Shown here piece by piece: positions 37,601 to 50,533 of a DNA stretch of 64,000 bases. Within the stretch, counting starts at the first letter, position 1. Each line of letters starts with the position of its first letter. A program made the translations under genes and the position numbers. The stretch is from Moniliella sp. 'wahieum' (Eukaryota), in contig RSEE01000054.1 of NCBI GenBank assembly GCA_003971905.1, positions 310,001-374,000 on the forward strand. The letters run 5' to 3'. Under the pieces are notes generated by a model that was given only the letters and a program-made list of their open reading frames with translations, was not told the origin of the DNA and did not search any database.

Positions 37601-38580
37601 GTGCCGTGGCGGGCGGACCGTGCGGCCACCTGGCGCGTATGGGTGCCGTCGTCCAACCCAGGTGGCTGGCTGGAGGACGATGGGCTGATGCAAGCTGAAA
37701 CCCAACTGTCGCTGTCTGGGATCAAGGGCAACCCGCGCGCCAACCACCTTCTTCGCCCAGGAGATGCGGTGTGGGACGTGGCGTTGGGCGGGGAACGTAA
37801 TGTGGGCAAGTTCCTGTTTGACGGTACTTTTGTTCGGTACGTTGGTTTTTTTCCCTTGTCTTTTTCTTATAATACAAAAAAGGCGAAGCAGAAGGCTAAC
37901 TCGCGATGTGTGTGTATGGTGCACAGTGACTTGGCGTACACGTATGATCCTTGGGGCCACCTTCCGCTGTGGGTAGATGCAATGATGTTCCCGCCAGGAT
38001 GGTACCACAACGTGATCAAACCTTCTGTCTCTACCCGCCCGATCGTGTCGCTGGACTTGCTCCCGTTCCGTGACGAGCTGATGGCCAGTCTGGCGCTGTC
38101 CCAGACGGTCGTGCAAGGTGGGGGTATGCGCTGCACAAGTGGATGGCTCATGCTCAGAGCACGGTGCCTCCGGGCCCTGCGGTGGGGGCGGACGAACCGA
38201 CAGCGGCGCACATTGAGCTCAAAGTGCAACGGATCGATCCTAGTTGGCGAGGTGAGCTGGTGCTCGAGCTGGACGGCACGGCCGAGGCACTGCACGACCT
38301 TATCCTTCGTTGTGCCGGGCCGAGCGTATCGGAGGCGGAGACGAAACGGTTACTGGACATTGTGCTGCGTCCGCAGTCTACCGCCACCGAACGTGCTTTG
38401 CCACCGCTCTTTCTGCCCGCGGAGCTCAGCCGCATGCTCCAGGTTACTTTCACATTATCCGCGAACGCTGCCAGCCCGGTAGGCTGGTCGTCCAGCCGCT
38501 CACCTTGTCGGCTGCTTCGGTCGAGCCAAGTGGCTAAGTACGAAGTACCAAGTACTAAGCACGTCAACTGGCCTCGTCGC
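34619..38580 (+). CDS. Large basidiomycete-type uncharacterised protein (low-complexity N-terminus, F-box-like segment, conserved-looking C-terminal domain)
   Basis: 779-codon ORF with LLAGLLHYLDVDDVVELRKSCRSIR, AYNRVLARLRAQ, RVWVPS..GWL, LLRPGDAVWDVALG.E.NVGKFLFDG and DLAYTYDPWGHLP. Intron 37837-37926 (GTACGT..GCTAAC..CACAG). The ends are approximate. Confidence 0.65.
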
Positions 38581-39553
38581 TATTCCTCCCTTTGGGTCCT
38601 TCATTTGGTCGTGAGGTCGTCGTGCTCATCAAGGCGCTGCGTTGGCTCCTTGTTCCTTGCTCATTTCTCCTTGTCCTTTGTTCTTTCCTTGTTCTTTCCT
38701 TGTTCCGTTAGTGCGTGTTTTTGTGTTACCTTTATTGTTCCTAGACGGTCTACGTGGCGTGCTCTGCTCTTGCCCTGTCGGTGCCCCTCCTGTCCCTTCC
38801 GCGTACCTGGCGCACCCGCGCCCTGATCGATGATCCCTCGTTTGTCTCGCACGTCTCAATCCATTCCTCTTGCTTGTGTGTGTGTATGTGTGCATTGGTG
38901 CTGATGCAGATAGCAACCCTGCGTGAATGGATCGTCGGGGAGAGAGAAACGTAGCTTGGTAGAGTGGGAAACGCTATGGTCTGAATGGGACGTCTAAAGT
39001 TCTGACTGAGTGTGGTTTTCATGTGCCAGTGACATGTCGTTTACTGAGTTTCACGTTAACGTTTAACGTTTAGGCTGGGACAGTTTAATGCAATGCGGCT
39101 CCCCTCGGGCTCGCTCATCGCTCATCTAGCGTGTGCTGCTTGGACTCATGAATCGAATTAAGAACCCTGGCAGTGGAGTCACCAGCAGACCAGGATCTTA
39201 CGGCTGTGGCCATTCGCTTCCCAAGTGATCCCCCTCACTTGAAGGCCGCGTTCGCCGCCGTTCTTGTTCTCTGCGCTGCCCCTGTTGTCCGTGTCGCTCG
39301 GGGGACATGAGCGTTGGTCCACATGCCCAACACTTCGTCTCTGACCACGACGTTTTGGGGACAACAACTAAGCAGTGGGAGCACTGAGTGTGAAACTGAG
39401 TGGAGCGCAGAGAGCTCAGTGGGGCAGCGCTGCCGCACTGTGCAACTACAACCTAAGTCAATGTCCCCTACCGTAGTACGGACGACGCAGCCCGCTCTGT
39501 GAGGAACCGGGAGGAGCTGAACGTCGAGGGAGGATGAAGGAAGAGGATGAGGC

Positions 39554-39676
39554 TCCATAGCTAATCGAAAACGCCGGTAACAAGGTTCCGGATATAGATA
39601 TGTGAGGACTACGTACGAAATTCAAGGTGGGCAAGGCCCACAAGATTGTGCACCAGAAATTTCGATTAGCCATGTG
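39554..39676. mobile_element. MITE / minimal deletion derivative of the 23481-28877 transposon family
   Basis: Left end CATAGCTAATCGAAA (39556-39570) and right end AGAAATTTCGATTAGCCATGTG (39655-39676) match the large element's TIRs. Internal CAAGG motifs are present. No clear TSD. Confidence 0.75.
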
Positions 39677-40149
39677 AAAGCGGCAAACAAAGTGTCTCGG
39701 GCAGGAGTTGATCAGGTTTGGTCAGTCGCTGGAGGTGGTCGCAGGGGGTGCCGGGACCCAGGCCTGGGCCTGACCCCACCCCCCCCCCACCGCCCCCTGT
39801 GTGGGGGATGAATCCGAATGGAGAGGTCGGTAGCGCCACTGCTTTGTCCAACATGAGATCCAAGTCCCCTCGCCTCCCCTGCCCTCACCACCCCTCTCGC
39901 TGATCTGTACATTGGTGGTGCTGTACATCCGAGCTGAGATAGCTGCAAGCGTATCATTCTGCGCTCTCGGTTGGCAGTGGCAGTCGATTCGCTTGCCTAT
40001 GCACGTGCTTTCCTCTGCTGCCTGTGAGGGGGTGCGGGGGGGGGCAGTAGCCTAGCTGACCACAACGATGGGGAAATTTCATGGATGGGTGGGTGGAACC
40101 AAGGAAGGCAGAAAGGGCAGAAAGGCAGAAATCAGAGAAGAATTACAAG

Positions 40150-41765
40150 TTACTCATACTGTGCAATAAAGGCGCGGTGGAACTTGCTGAAGCGGTCGAC
40201 GAACGCATCGGATTCCTTGGCCAAGAAGGTGGTGCGGAAGAACATGCGACCGGACGAGGTTGGGTCCTTGCCAAACCCCGATCCGGGAATCACACAGATG
40301 CCCGTCGCATCCAGCAGGGCAAAGCAGTAAAACTCATCGGCCTTGCGGCCCGCCTGGTCGGCCGCGGCCATCGCTTTGGGCGGCAAGTCGACTTCGGGGA
40401 AGAGGTACATGCTGCCCTGGGCCTCGCCACACTGCATGCGCGGCAAGGCATGGAAGGCTTCTTGCATCTTGCGCGATCGGGACTGAAGCGTGTGGAGGAT
40501 AGTGTCGCGTTCCGTAGCCCAAAGCGGATACGAAGGTTCTCCTTGCTGCGGTGGCTTGACCATAATGTCCACGCCAATCTGGCCCTGCACAGGCGGGCAG
40601 AGCGAGATGGAGGCCATCTTGTAAATCTCCGCTTGCACAGCGCGGTCAAAGTTGGTCAGTTCAAAGTACCGCCCCGCCGGCCACATTCGCCCGCAAAGCC
40701 CTTGGAGATGGAGTGGAACGAGGCCAACTCGACTTGGTGTGCGATCGCGCGCTCGGCCGGGTCCCGGGGAAGACGCAAAGTCAAGCAAGACCTTTTTGAA
40801 CGAGACAAAGGGCCGGGCAGCGGTGTAGATGTTGGGCTGGTACACTTCGTCGGCAAACACAACAAGACGCTTTTGGTACGCCAAGCGCAGGACATCAGCA
40901 ATGTTGTCGTACGTCATGACGATTCCCGTCGGGTTGCCCGGGTTGATCACCACCCGCCCGCACATCTGTCCCCTTAGCACGAGCCACATCGATTTCCTGC
41001 GCCAGCAGCGGCACATCCAGCTCCCACTCCTTGTCCGGGTTGAGCTGGTACCGCACCGGCTCGGCCGAGAGCACACGCAAGGTGGCGCTGTACAGGGGTA
41101 CTGTGGGATGGGGATCGCGACGCCGACCGAGGGCGAGGAGACCAGCACCTGGAGAATCAGCTGGATCCCCGCCGATGCGCCCGCAGTGAGGAAAATATGG
41201 TCGGGCGAGGTGAGATGGCCATCGCGCTCTGGAGGAAACCAAGGGGGGCAACCAGCGTCAGCGGCGGCAGGCAGGTAGGATGGCAAGGCAAGGCCAGAGA
41301 GACCGAGGAGGGGCTACGTACGAGAAATGTACTCGGCCACGTGCTGGCGGATGGTGTGGGCGCCCATGGACTGGGAGTAAGCGCCGACGGAGCCCACGTC
41401 GGCGAGGATGTCCTTGGCGCGTTGGATGGCGTCGGCGGGGAAGAGGGCGGCGGCGGCGGGCTGGTCCAGGAGCGAAGGCAGCTCGGTGAGCGCGGCGACC
41501 TGGCGCCAGAAGGTCAGTGGCGGCTGGGCGAGCGCGGGCTGCTGCTGCGGATTGCCAATGTTGCAGTACACGACCGAGTCGAACGGCAGGCCATCGTTGC
41601 CGGGCAGGCCGGCGAGGTGGGCCTTGCGCAGGCGGTCGGCATAGCGCTGGGCGCGCACGGCGAGCTCGCCGCGCACGGCGTACTGGGCCTCGCGCACAGC
41701 GGGGTTGATGGAGTCGAGGAGGAGAGGAGGAGGGCGGGGCGGGGGGGGGCGGTGGTGGTGGGCAT
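40150..41765 (-). CDS. ALT1: Alanine aminotransferase (class I/II PLP aminotransferase)
   Basis: AQYAVRGEL, YCNIGNPQQ, SVGAYSQSMG, IFLTAGAS, IPIPQYP, VINPGNPTG, ADEVYQ.N, SFHSISKG..GECGRRGG, GICVIPGSGFG, FRTTFL. Frameshifts between segments. Confidence 0.93.
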
Positions 41766-43391
41766 GGGGCCGGGGGGCGGTGGCGGTGGTGGGGAAGAAG
41801 AAGCGCTGGGGTCTAGTTACCTAAAAAGGGCGCCCGGCCCCCCGCGGTGCTGCAGCCGGAGCCGGAGCGCACACTGGCGCCGTGCGGCCCCCGCATCGGG
41901 ATGAGACATCCGTGCCCGCTCAGCCAGGCGGGTTATAACGCCTGCCGGCCAGTGCCCGCCTGCCCCCGAGTGGACCAATCCTAACCCGCGGTGGGTGATG
42001 CGACGCATGACGCTGGTCCGCCGGCAGCAGAAAAGCCAGCCAGGCGCCGGGCACAACCGACCGCCGCCCCCGCCCGCCCCCAACCCGCGATCAGCAAGTT
42101 CCCATGCCCGCTGGCCAAGCGCGTCGGCGCGCGCGGCCGGCCCCGGTGGGAAAAGGGGGGCAGGCGGGACGAAGCGTAGGTTGTCTATCCCGGCACCAGC
42201 CACCAGCCACCAGCCAATGTGGGGGCCACCAACGCCCACGTAAGCAGCCAAGTCAGGAGCCTTGCGCATGCCTGAGTGTGAGTACATGTGAGTATGAGTG
42301 CGGCAAGCGCGTGGAGCTTGGAGCTTGGGAAAGCTTCCCACCCGCCCTATCATGCGTACGCTCGTGCATGCGCAGGAGACGCAACAACGGCCAACGCGAT
42401 GGGGCGTAGCTTGCCAGGCGGGGGGAAGCAGCGCGCACAAGAGACATGGCTGCGGGGGGGTAGAGCGGCTATGGGAACGAACGGGCCGCGGACGGGGGGC
42501 GATAATCGATAAGGATGAATGGATCCTGTCAAAGGAGAAATACAGGAATGAAAAGACAGAGAGACCCAAGGCGTATGGCCGGCAGGAGGAATGGGATGCG
42601 AGAGGCAGGAAGGCAGCAGCGACGACAACGGCGATTAGCATGATGACGGCGACCACGCAACCATGCACCGAGGGCGAGAGGCGAAGGTGGCCGTGGCGGA
42701 TGGGGGGTGGAATTGGGGCGGTGGAGCAGACAGGGCAGGGGTGGGGACGGCAGGAGGGGGGGATGCGGATAAAGAACACGCGTGGTGCCCACTCGGACGC
42801 TGTGGGAGGCTGCTACTTGTGCTGGGACGCATTCGTGCGTAGCCAGCGGAAGCCAGCCGCTGTGTGCGAACCCTAGCCCTGCCTGCCCCACGTCCATAGC
42901 CATCTAGCCATCCCTAGGACAGTCCGGTGGTGTGCTGACGTAATGCCACGCGCACCGATCGACCGGGCGTGGATCCGGTGCGGCTGGAGTGGAAAGTTGC
43001 ACCGGCTGCTGGGCCGACTTGGTGGGTTACGCGGTTACGCTGGCGTGATGCGGGGGCGGGAGAGGTGGTTACTAGCCGGTTGCTGGGCGGCGGCTGGGCC
43101 AAACGCGCCCAGGTTTGAAATTTGATACGCGCCCGTGCTGCGATCGGGGCCGAGCAGCCGAGGTAGGCGCCCACTGCGCCCGTGTGCGCCAGCGCCTAAC
43201 CCTACGCGCCCAACCCTGGCCAAGGCCGTCTGGCGCGTCCCCCCGCGGCACAGCGCCAGTGCCCGCCGCGCGGTCCGCGCTGCTCCCTCGCGCTATTTCG
43301 GCGCGCTGTTTCAACCAGCCAGAAAGCCAGCCAGCCAGAAAGCCAGCCAGCCTGCCAGCCACCCTCCCCGTGCCTTGCTCCCACCACCGCC

Positions 43392-44640
43392 ATGCCCTTC
43401 CCCGCCACGTCCGACGGCCTGCGCGCCCGCGCCACCCCAGCCCCCTGCACGCCACGGCATGGCCAGGAGCCTCCCCCTCCCGCTCCCGCTTCGCCCCCGC
43501 CGCGCCCTTCCCCTGGCACTCACCAGTCTGTGGCACGAGATGCGGTCGCTGCGCTGGATGGTCAACCCCAAGTCGTCCCTCAAGCTGCTTTCGCTGATCT
43601 GGCCGCGTGGGCGGTGGTGCAGCTGGCTACGATGGTCGTTGGGCTTCCCAACCCGCTCCGCATCTGCTCTTCATCTCCTACCCTCTTCCCCTAGCCACCG
43701 TCTTGGCCAACGAGCCGGCGCTGGCGGCCAAGGTGGCCAGTGGCGAGCTGTCGGAAACGTCTCCCGAGTGGTGCGGTACGGCAAGGGTTTTTGGAACCTG
43801 GTGTTATTGCGTTTTACATTGTCGTGTTTAGCTTTTGCGGCAAGGATTGATGTTGTGGGTGTTTAAGCCGTTTGCCGAGCCCTATGCCCAGGGCAGCATC
43901 AAGAAGCAAGAGCGGATTATGGAGCAGTGCTATGCAATTGCGTACTGGGGCTCGTTTGGCCTGATTGGACTGTACGTCATGTCGTTCCAAGAGTCGTGGT
44001 GGTACGACTATAAGCATTCTGGCTGCGCTACCCGCACTGGTTGATGCGCCCCGAGCTCAAGGTGTACTACCTGTTGCAACTCTCTACTGGCTGCAGCAAG
44101 CGCGTCATGCTGCTCCGGCTCGAGGCGCCGCGGAAAGATTACTATGAGTTGGTGGCGCACCACCTGGTCACCCTCTGGCTCATTGGCTGGAGCTACGGAT
44201 CAACCTGACCATGATTGGGACCACTGTCTTTGTTGCGATGGACATTCCCGACACGTTTTTGGGTACGAGCAAGTTGATGAACTACCTGGATGTCAGCCAC
44301 GTGGTCCAGGGACCATTTTTTCCTCTTCTTTATGGCATCTGGAGCTACTTCCGCATCTACCTGTCGCCAAGACACTCTACTCGGTCTACACGGACTTTGG
44401 CTGATCCCCAAGGAAGCCATGGTGTTCCAACCCTGGACGGGCGCCTGGCTAGCACCCTGGATGCGATGGCAAATCTTTGCCCCGCTCTTCCTCTTGTTGC
44501 TCCTCAACATTTTCTGGTACGTGCTCATCTGGCGCATCCTCATTCGCACCACCCGCGGCGTGTATGAGGACGAGCGGGAAGCCGAGGACGAGCCAACCGG
44601 TACCGAGACCGCGCAAAAGTCATCGTATCTGCTTCTGCTT
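43392..44640 (+). CDS. Ceramide synthase, LAG1/LAC1 (TLC domain) family
   Basis: YGKG, R.MEQCYAIAYW, YPHW.M.PELKVYYL, Lag1 motif PRKDYYELVAHHLVTLWLI..SY..NLT.IG..VFVAMDIPDTFL..SKL.NY, LNIFWYVLIWRI, EDERE. Many frameshifts and the 3' end is approximate. Confidence 0.9.
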
Positions 44641-45167
44641 CGGATGTCTTTATGTCGCGCAGCCGCGAGTGGGCTTGGGTTGGGTTGCCTCCCCCCCCCG
44701 CTCGTGTCTACGCCTCCTTCTATTGCAAGGGATGATGTCATCCCCTCCACCCCAGGTCATGCATGCATTAATGTGATCCCCCGCTCTCCCTTGGCGAGCC
44801 CGCGCCCGAGCCCAAGCCCAGACAGGTGGATGGTAGACGTGTGCCGCTGCCTGAGGATGTAACATGTACCCCACCACACTCGTAGCCTTGTTCAGTGGGA
44901 ACGTGAGGGTGCACGGGCAGCTTGAGCAGCTGCATCTGATGCGACGATCTCGATGATCTGGACGAATTTGACCAACCAAACCGCGTGGCCACAGAAAAAA
45001 AAAATAATAAACCCCCGCGCGGAATCCACCCGGCGGAATGGGCGACGGGGCGCAAAAAAATTGGGCTGAGACAGGGCGCACAGACCACAGCCCACAGACT
45101 AGCCAGCTCGCTTAGGCCGCCGTGGCAGCGTGGCGGAACTCCACCACGTTTGCTTTGCTGCCGTTTC

Positions 45168-48100
45168 ATGTCCCTCGCCTCGCCACCTTCGCCTTCGCAT
45201 TCGCCTTCGCCTTCGCCTTCACGATCACCTACGTCTGCACCTCCTACCTCCGCCTCCGCCTCCGCTCCTCACCCCGCTCCGCCAAGCACCGCCCAGCATG
45301 CCGGCCAGCGTAGGATGAGCCACGACGAGGGAAGCAGGGAGGAAGTGTCGCCACTGGCCTGCCTTCCGCCCGAAGTGCTGCTGCGCATCTTTGTCTGCCT
45401 CGACCCGGAATCGCTGTTGACGGCGGCGCGGGTGTGCCGTGCCTGGGCGGCGTTGGCCTCGGACGAGGGGACGTGGAAACGCAGCTTTACGCGCTCGCTC
45501 GTTGCCGCCGGCGCGATCCGATGCATGTGGGTGGGAGCGTACCCGTGCCGGGGATGGGGATGGGGATGGGGATGGGGATGGGGATGGGGATGGGGGGGAG
45601 GGATGGGGATGGGGATGGGATGGGGAGGGGATGGGGATGGGGATGGGGATGGGAATGGGAATGGGGATGGGGATGGGGTCGGACAGAGTGGCGCGCGTGA
45701 CACCTACGTTCCGTCGGGTGAACCGCATCTCGTTTCGAGGGGAAGCCTTGGCGCGCGCGCGGACACAACGTCGCTGGCGCAAGAGCCGCGTCGCGAGTGT
45801 TACCACGTCGCCGCGCATGGGCCCACTGAACGACGTGGCGATCGCCTGGGCGCACCGGTTCATGCTCTCGCTCTCGCTCGTGTATGGGGTGGCGGTCCGT
45901 TCAGACCCCGTGTCGGGCAAGTTGGCGCGCGGGCTGTTGCAAGCGCAGCCGCCGCCCGGACCGGGTCTCGTGCCGGGCCACGTGGCACGGCCGCTGCAGC
46001 CCAACGCGGCGGTGATTGCCGAAGGCGGCGATGGAGACGGGAGGAACGCGTCGTACGTGACCCAAGTGGCTGCGGATGCAGATGGGAGCCGGATCGTGTG
46101 GGGCCTGGCGAACGGGATGGTACGCGTGACGTCTTTGACGCGCCAAGGATCCCATCCACGCGGGTTGATCCGGACCATGTCCGCGCCGCATGGTCCGCAC
46201 GGCGGCGCCGTCACCGCGCTCTCCCTACCACTTTCGTTGGGGCACAAGACGGTGCGCGCCGGGGCGTATGGTCCGGCGCGCTCGGCAGAAGCGCGCTCGG
46301 CGTTCTTGGCCCGCACCGGCTCGGCCGGATTGGCGTTCGCTTCGGCCGCACAGGATGGGTCGGTGCGTCTGTGGGGGTGGAGCGAACATCGACCCCAGCT
46401 TCTCTGGGCTGGCTCGGTGCCGCAGCTGTTGGTCCAAGCTCACCGCTCGGCTCGTCCCGTGCCTGGGCACGAAGAAGGTGAGACCAATCCCGATCCCGAT
46501 ACCGAGGGCGAGGGCGAGGGCGGGGCCGAGGTGGGGCCTGGTGACGCTACGGCGTCCCGTGCGCGTGCGACCGAACGGTTCTTGTCCCAGTCGCATTCGA
46601 TTGATGCGCTGGACTTTGATCGGCCGCCGGGGCTATGGGTGCAGCCACGTCGTTGGGCGTGGTGGTGCTGTGGTGGGGGTTCCAGTTGCCTAGCGCACCC
46701 TCCCTGCCCGAGGGCGACAGCGCCGTCGATCCGGCGCACACGGTCCTCCTCCACCCTCCTAGGGGGCATGCCGGCCCGGTCGCCCGGCTGGCCATCGACG
46801 CCTCGGCCGACACGCCCGAGCGGATTGGCGCGCTGGTACAATTTGAGGGCGACACAGGCTTTTACCGAATCGAGGTCCGTGTGCCGCCGAGCGCGACCGC
46901 GAATGGGACCGCGCACGCGTCCGCGGCTGCCGCCGATCGACCTCGGCTGTCTGACCTGGGTGGTTCGGCACGCTGGCCCCTGGTGGTGGGGGAGAACGGG
47001 AGCGCGTCGAGATCCGTTGGTGGCGCTATAGCGCCACCTCCTCGCCCTTTGCCACGCTCAAGAGTGGGGTGGACGTATCGGGGGCGCTGAGCTGTGTGCG
47101 TGCGGACTTTGACGTGCGTGCGTCGCCTTCTGCTGCGGTGCGTTCGGGGGGGGGGGGGGGGGGGGTGGGGGTGTGACGTTGGCCAAGGCGGGTGGTCGGG
47201 CGGGGGGTGACGACGCCGCTCGGGACAGATGGGCATTTGGTCCTGCCCGAACGACGACGGGATCTGTTTGCGGAGCAAAAGTATGTTGTGGCCGGCACGG
47301 AGCGGGGTGCGTTGCTCGTCTTTTCCTGGGACATGGACGAGGTGCACGCGCCCAGCCCGCGCGACATGCACGAGTACCCGGCGCAGGAGTTGGATTCCTG
47401 GTCGCCCGCGGCCGTTGGCTCGGTCCGCCGCTCGCTCGACGGCGTAGAAGCCCAAGTGTGGGGAGGACAGTGCGAAGCGACGTTTGCCCTTCCCGTTTCG
47501 CCCGCTTGCGCAACCAGTTCCACCTCGCTTCCGCTTTCGCCTTCCCTTGCGGCGCGTCCGGCCTCGCCCTCGCCTTCCTCGGCCTCGACCTCGTCGCTCT
47601 TGGGCCTCGGGGAGCCGGACCCGACCCCGGACCCGACCCCGGACCAGGCACCAGCCCAGACTGCTGCGCAAGCAAGCAGGACGGGCGAGCCGGATGCTGT
47701 CACGTCGATCGACGTGAGCGGGTACATGTTGGCGGCCGGCACGGCGGACGGGATGATTCGGGTGTACGATGCGCTGTCGGGTGGGCTGGTGCATACGCTT
47801 GCCGATCGTGCGGCGGGGCGCTCGGCACGCGGCGTGCTGAGTCGGTGGGCATTTGCCTCGCGGTTCGAGGTGAAGCAGATCCTACTTTCGGAGGTGGACT
47901 TGGCGGCCGTGGTGGGCCACCAAGTGCTCACCTGGCGCCCGGAGAGTGTGGCTGGGAAAAGCAAGTCAGCCGGTAAGGCAAGCAAACGGTCTCGCCAGCT
48001 CCCGCGCGTACCGGGCGACGAGGAGGACGCGTATGCCCCCCTCGGTCCGGAGCAGGCCGCGCGCGCACAGCGCCAAGCTGCCGCGCAGCGCCGCTGGGGC

Positions 48101-48796
48101 ACGCAGGAGGAAACGTGGGAGGAGTGGCCCGCGTCGGACGGGGCGCCGCTGGACATGGACCTGGGGGAGGAAGAGGCGTTGGCATACGCTCTTTTGCTCA
48201 GTAAGGAAGATGCGCAACAGGCTTCGGTGGCTGCTCCCGACGGAGGCGGGTCAGGGTCGGGCGTGGGGCTGCCGTCAGAGGCTGGCGAGGACGACGATGA
48301 GGCGTTTGCACGGGAACTGGAGCGGGCCATGCAGCTCTCTTCGAACCCCGAGCCTGCCCCGGGCTCGGTGGGCGCGCGGCCGCAGACGGAAGAGGAGGAG
48401 CTGGCTGCGGCGCTGCAAGCTGTCGCGGCGCTCGAAGCGCAAGAGAAGGGCAAAGCGCCGCTTGTGTCGGAGCGGGATGCGGTGGAGCGCGTGGCGGAGC
48501 AGGCGGGCGAGACGACGGCGGAGACGACGGCGGAGGCGACGGCCGAACAGGCGATGGACGAGGACGAGGGGTACGGGGGGAGGGAGCGGCGGCTGGCGGA
48601 CCTGGCTGCGTTCCCTGTGCTGCAGGGCTCGCGGCAGGGGCGCAGCAAGCGCAAGCAGCGCGGCAAGCAGCGTGCGGGCGGCGGCGGGGGGGCGCAGCTG
48701 GCGGCCGCGCGCGGCTGCGGCGGCGGAGATGGGCTGGAGTGGGACGCGATGGACGAGGAGCTGCGCTTGGCCATCTGCCAGTCGGTGGGGCTATAA
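45168..48796 (+). CDS. F-box protein with WD40-like segments and C-terminal UIM-like motifs
   Basis: F-box LACLPPEVLLRIFVCLDPESLLTAARVCRAW. WD-like FASAAQDGSVRLW and LAAGTADGMIRVYD. UIM-like EEEALAYALLLS, EEEELAAALQA and DEELRLAICQS. Confidence 0.75.
45550..45678 (+). repeat. (GGGGAT)n hexamer tract
   Basis: Long, slightly degenerate GGGGAT array inside the F-box gene. Confidence 0.9.
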
Positions 48797-48981
48797 TCGA
48801 TAAGGAGTAACTAGCAACGTGCGGGGTATACTATACGCCCAGCTGTGACATGTGATGTGTGGTGTGATGGGCGGTGGTAGTGTGACAATGTGACATGTGA
48901 TGGGAGGAGTGGCGTCGAGTGGGGTTAGTTAGATACTAGATCTTAGATCTTAGACCACCACCCCACTGGCCTGTGCGCAGC

Positions 48982-49700
48982 ATGGTGTGTCCCCCTCCAC
49001 CCCTGCGCCGCTGACAGCTAACCCCCTGCCCCCCCCCCAGCCCACCATCACGCTCACCTTCTCCCTGCCCGACCCACGCCGGCGCGCGCGCAGACCGAGG
49101 CCGACGCGCATGGGCGTACGTGTCCGGGTACGTGCTGCACCCGTCGCGCGACGCCTGCCACCTGCCGCACTGCGCAACCAGCTGGCGCACGCCATGCCCG
49201 CCCGCAGCATCGCCTACGTGCTGGGCGTCAAGCCTATCGCGCGCCCCTCTGCCTCGGCATTTAGCATGCGCAAGGCGCTGCCCAAGCCGGACGACGGCGC
49301 GTTCTATGCGATCCTGCCGCCGCCGTGGGCGCGTCCGTCGGCGCAGACGGAGGACGCGGCGACGCGCGCTGCCTACCCGCACATGGAGGCGCAGGGCCAG
49401 TGGGCCTATGTGTCGGGGTACGTGCTCTACCCTGCGCCGTGCGACGACGCGCCTCAGCCGCCCAACCTGCCCGAGCTGCGGAACCAACTGGCGCACGCTA
49501 TGCCCGCCAGCGCGCTGACGTACGTGCTGGGCATCAAGCCTGTGCCGCGGCCCAAGACGTCGTGCTTTTCCTGGCGCAAGGCACTGCCCAAGCAGGAGGA
49601 CGAAGCGTTCTATGCCATCCTGCCTCCGCCCTGGGTCGTCCAGCCCGCACCAGAACAGCCTTCTGGCCACGCTCGCGTCACCTTCCAAGACCCTCGGTAA
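48982..49700 (+). CDS. Small protein with a tandemly duplicated unknown domain
   Basis: ATG followed by intron 48985-49040 (GTGTGT..GCTAAC..CCAG). Two copies of WAYVSGYVL..LRNQLAHAMPA..YVLG.KP..RP....FS.RKALPK..D.AFYAILPPPW. Confidence 0.65.
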
Positions 49701-50533
49701 CCGGTACCCGATAACCGGTAACCGATAACCCCTGGACCCTGCCGCCCTGTCGCTGTGTCTCCGACGTCCCCACTCGCCTCTTTTTCCCCTTCCTCTTTGC
49801 GTCCCGTCATCGATCATCAAGCTCTTTTCTCGGTTTTCATCGATTTCATCCCCCATTCGCCCGGGCTCCGGGTGCGCGGTCCCTGCTGTGAGAGCGCCAG
49901 GCGGGGTGCGCTGCCCCAGCGCTCCGTTCTCCACGCACCCTCTTCGGTCCGCATCTGTTTCTTGCGCCTATCCCATCTGCATCTGTGCTTCCAGCGGGGA
50001 TCTTGGCCCGCCACCGTGCATGCCCGTTCGGCCGGCCGGGCCAGGTTGAGCCTCAGCGCCCTGCCCTCTGGCAGTACGATCGCATCTGCATCTGCATACG
50101 CATACGCACCACACCTCTACTCCGTTTTTTATTTCCCTTTTCATTACCAGGATTAGATTGCCACCTTGTGTACCCCATATTCAGTTTGTTTGGTTACAGT
50201 GATGCGCTGCATAGGCTTCTTAGTAAGGTGCTTTGGCATGGCATTATATCGCCCCGCCGCGAGCTGACTCTCGTTCGGCCACTGCGTTTGTAGCATCGCC
50301 CGACGGCTGGCATCCACATCCAGACTACGGACCGGTGCGTACTAGAAACTTGAAGGGTAAAGCGTGAAGCCAACCATGGCATCCTGAGGCCAGAGACCTT
50401 ATGCATTACGAATTATCGATTAGGCTGGCCACCTCCGTTCTACCCGTCTACCCCGCTGCAAGGCATGAGCATGCCCACCGATCACATAACCAGCAGGGCG
50501 AGGTGAGGACTCGGCACGGCCTCGGCACGGCGC

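Noticed and set aside
40150..44640. Programmed frameshifting or pseudogene status for ALT and LAG1/LAC1
   Set aside because: Indels are scattered in almost all genes, often at homopolymers, so assembly error is more parsimonious.
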